Assembly (NCBI GenBank): GCA_045602605.1 | Contig: JAZSBX010000044.1 | Coordinates: 1 to 37,529, forward strand | Source of the DNA: Acutalibacteraceae bacterium | GTDB lineage: Bacteria > Bacillota > Clostridia > Oscillospirales > Acutalibacteraceae | Direction: 5' to 3' | Length of the DNA: 37,529 nucleotides | Shown: positions 36,002-37,529 of the stretch, piece after piece | Numbering within the stretch: position 1 is the stretch's first letter | How the letters are laid out: the number at the start of each line of letters is the position of its first letter | Translations under genes and position numbers: made by a program | Notes under the pieces: generated by a model | Told to the model about the DNA's origin: nothing | The model's input: only the letters and a program-made list of their open reading frames with translations | Database searches by the model: none

Positions 36002-37018
36002 ATGATAGTTATAATGAAGCACACCTACACCGAAAAGGATATTTTAGCCGCGAGAAAAATTATGGAGGACGGCGGCGTTAACGTTATGATTTCAAAGGGC
36101 ACTGAAACCACAATTCTCGGCGCCGAGGGTAATGCGGATTATATTGATACCGAGCGCCTTACCGTTTTACCGGGTGTTGAAAAGGTTATGAGGGTGAGTG
36201 AGCCCTTTAAAAAGGCAAACCGAAAATATCACCCCGACAGCACCGAGATTAAGGTGGGTGAATTTTTTATCGGCGGTAAGGATATTTCACTCATTGCCGG
36301 ACCCTGTTCGGTTGAAAGCGAAGAACAAATTGTGGGCATTGCCGAGGCGGTTAAAAGAATGGGAGCAACGGCGCTCAGGGGCGGCGCCTACAAGCCGCGC
36401 ACCTCGCCTTATGCTTTCCAAGGGCTTAAGGAAAACGGCATCGAGCTTTTAATTAAAGCAAAGGAAAGAACGGGACTACCAATAGTCACCGAGATTATGT
36501 CAACCGACAATCTTGAACTTTTTGAAGAAAAGGTTGACGTTATTCAGGTGGGCGCCCGAAATATGCAAAATTTTGACCTTTTAAAGCATTTAGGACAGTC
36601 CAAAAAACCTATTTTGTTAAAACGCGGTCTTTCCTCAACCATTGAGGAGTGGCTTATGTCGGCGGAATATATTATGGCCGGTGGCAACAACAACGTTATC
36701 CTTTGTGAAAGGGGAATTCGCACCTTTGAAACCTTTACCCGCAACACCTTGGATTTAAGCGCGGTTTTGGCTGTTAAAAATCTTTCCCACCTGCCCGTTG
36801 TGGTTGACCCCTCCCACGCCTGCGGAAAATCCTGGATGGTTGAAAGAATGGCTATGGCGGCGGTTGTTTCGGGCGCTGACGGACTTATTATTGAGGTGCA
36901 TAACGACCCTGCCCACGCTCTTTGTGACGGCGCGCAGTCCATTACACCAAAGCAGTTTGAAGAGCTAAAAGGAAAACTTGCTCCCTTGGCGCAGTGTATC
37001 GGCAAAAATATTATGTAA
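36002..37018 (+). CDS. aroF: 3-deoxy-7-phosphoheptulonate (DAHP) synthase, type I-beta, with an N-terminal ferredoxin-like regulatory domain
   Basis: 338 aa. N-terminal ACT/FL-like domain of about 70 aa (VIMKHTYTEKD...VEKVMRVSEPFK), then the KDO8P/DAHPS-Ibeta core (IAGPCSVES, LRGGAYKPRTSPY, QVGARNMQN, DPSHA). Confidence 0.9.
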   Translation: MIVIMKHTYTEKDILAARKIMEDGGVNVMISKGTETTILGAEGNADYIDTERLTVLPGVEKVMRVSEPFKKANRKYHPDSTEIKVGEFFIGGKDISLIAGPCSVESEEQIVGIAEAVKRMGATALRGGAYKPRTSPYAFQGLKENGIELLIKAKERTGLPIVTEIMSTDNLELFEEKVDVIQVGARNMQNFDLLKHLGQSKKPILLKRGLSSTIEEWLMSAEYIMAGGNNNVILCERGIRTFETFTRNTLDLSAVLAVKNLSHLPVVVDPSHACGKSWMVERMAMAAVVSGADGLIIEVHNDPAHALCDGAQSITPKQFEELKGKLAPLAQCIGKNIM

Positions 37019-37027
37019 ACTAAAAAT

Positions 37028-37060
37028 GCGGATTACCATTAAGGTAATCCGCTTGTTTTT
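37028..37060. terminator. Bidirectional intrinsic terminator
   Basis: GCGGATTACC-ATTAA-GGTAATCCGC perfect 10-bp stem, flanked by AAAAAT upstream and TTGTTTTT downstream. It can therefore serve convergent transcription from both strands. Confidence 0.8.
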
Positions 37061-37178
37061 ATCGGTTATTATTGTCTTTTTTGTTGTCGTATTTATTGTT
37101 ATCGTTTTTATTCTGATTATTTTTGTTTTGGTCGTTCTTATTTTTGTTCTGGTCAAACTTTCTGTTTTTGTCGTCCAT
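37059..37178 (-). CDS. Possible small hydrophilic Asn/Lys/Asp-rich protein (39 aa)
   Basis: Hand translation of the - strand: MDDKNRKFDQNKNKNDQNKNNQNKNDNNKYDNKKDNNNR*. GGGGTGA lies 7 nt before the ATG. Codon position 2 is A in 35 of the 38 codons after the ATG, which is strong 3-nt periodicity. Caveats: low-complexity tract, other frames are also open, and no clear promoter. Confidence 0.3.
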   Translation of the reverse strand: MDDKNRKFDQNKNKNDQNKNNQNKNDNNKYDNKKDNNNR

Positions 37179-37180
37179 AA

Positions 37181-37230
37181 AAAATTCACCCCGCTTTCTT
37201 CACAAATAGTTTTTGCTGAGAAAACGGGGT
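37181..37230 (-). terminator. Intrinsic terminator of the thioesterase gene (- strand)
   Basis: On the - strand ACCCCGTTTTCT ... AGAAAGCGGGGT forms a 12-bp stem whose single non-Watson-Crick position is G-U. The same position would be a C-A mismatch on the + strand. GAATTTTTT follows. Confidence 0.6.
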
Positions 37231-37243
37231 TTATTCGTGGGTT

Positions 37244-37529
37244 TTATTTGAAATCAATTTTGCAGGAGAATAACGTTTCGGTTTCGTTTTCGCCCTTGGC
37301 TAAAACCGAGTTTTCTTCACGCTTTAAGAAAAGGCGAAGTTCATCACCGCATTTAACCTCGCGGTGATAATCAATTTGCATTGCGCAAATTTCCTCGTTT
37401 TCGGCGGGTTCAAGTTCATTCAGAACAAAATTCGCATATTTAGTGTTGTTAACATGACCGTTTAAATCAATATCGCAAAATTGGGGTTTCACTAAAACAA
37501 AATTTTCATCAAAATCGCATTTGGGAATT
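37244..37529 (-). CDS. Acyl-ACP thioesterase (C-terminal part, continues beyond the window)
   Basis: The reading frame is open to the window edge. CDIDLNGHVNNTKYANFVL is the conserved D-x-N-x-HVNN-x-x-Y hot-dog motif of FatA/B-type acyl-ACP thioesterases. The M at 37492 in the track is an internal GTG. Confidence 0.8.
   Translation of the reverse strand, partial: IPKCDFDENFVLVKPQFCDIDLNGHVNNTKYANFVLNELEPAENEEICAMQIDYHREVKCGDELRLFLKREENSVLAKGENETETLFSCKIDFK

Noticed and set aside
36965-37367. Track ORFs 36978-37367(+) and 36965-37189(-) across the T-rich tract after aroF.
   Set aside because: They cross the aroF stop and the bidirectional terminator. Their translations are poly-I/V/F or T/K/I low complexity, and they are open only because the tract lacks stop-forming bases. 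Only the separate 39-codon NAN-periodic frame (37059-37178, -) is kept, and only as a low-confidence candidate.

Overview
The window looks like a core-chromosome segment of a low/mid-GC Firmicute of the Clostridia type. That call rests on the split transketolase, the type III glutamine synthetase, and miaB-ymcA-mutS-mutL-miaA synteny followed by a ylmE-sepF-ylmH-divIVA-ileS-lspA-rluD block. Almost every gene is on the + strand and is a recognisable housekeeping gene.

Gene content, left to right:
- tail of a YidC-like gene and jag/khpB
- a lysine riboswitch controlling an NhaC-family transporter
- ttcA-like PP-loop ATPase, miaB, ymcA-like, mutS, mutL, miaA
- a HlyD-like membrane protein, then yggS/ylmE, sepF, ylmH, divIVA, ileS, lspA, rluD
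- Cof-type HAD hydrolase, split transketolase, cvpA, a CDP-alcohol phosphatidyltransferase, a ClpE-like AAA+ unfoldase
- tRNA-Gly(UCC) and tRNA-Arg(UCU)
- a looser set of single-gene units, each with its own promoter and terminator: PQ-loop-like protein, DUF4886/SGNH-like protein, PlsC-type acyltransferase, SNF-family Na+ symporter, dinB, a membrane-anchored hypothetical, a transglutaminase-like lipoprotein
- type III glutamine synthetase, DAHP synthase, and a partial acyl-ACP thioesterase on the - strand

I found no CRISPR array, transposase, integrase, prophage or recognisable defence operon, and no convincing multi-gene novel system.

The three observations most worth a second look are:
1. 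An orphan promoter-to-terminator unit at 30045-30344 with no long ORF. It carries three copies of a GGTGAKACCAATG motif, each an SD-like sequence plus AUG, and two of them open two-codon mini-ORFs.
2. A 58-nt duplication of the tRNA-Arg 3' end plus its terminator, 168 bp downstream of the original. This looks like an att-site scar.
3. A possible 39-codon Asn/Lys/Asp-rich small ORF at 37059-37178 (-), below the ORF-track size cutoff.

All functional calls come from motif and family recognition by eye. No database search was run.
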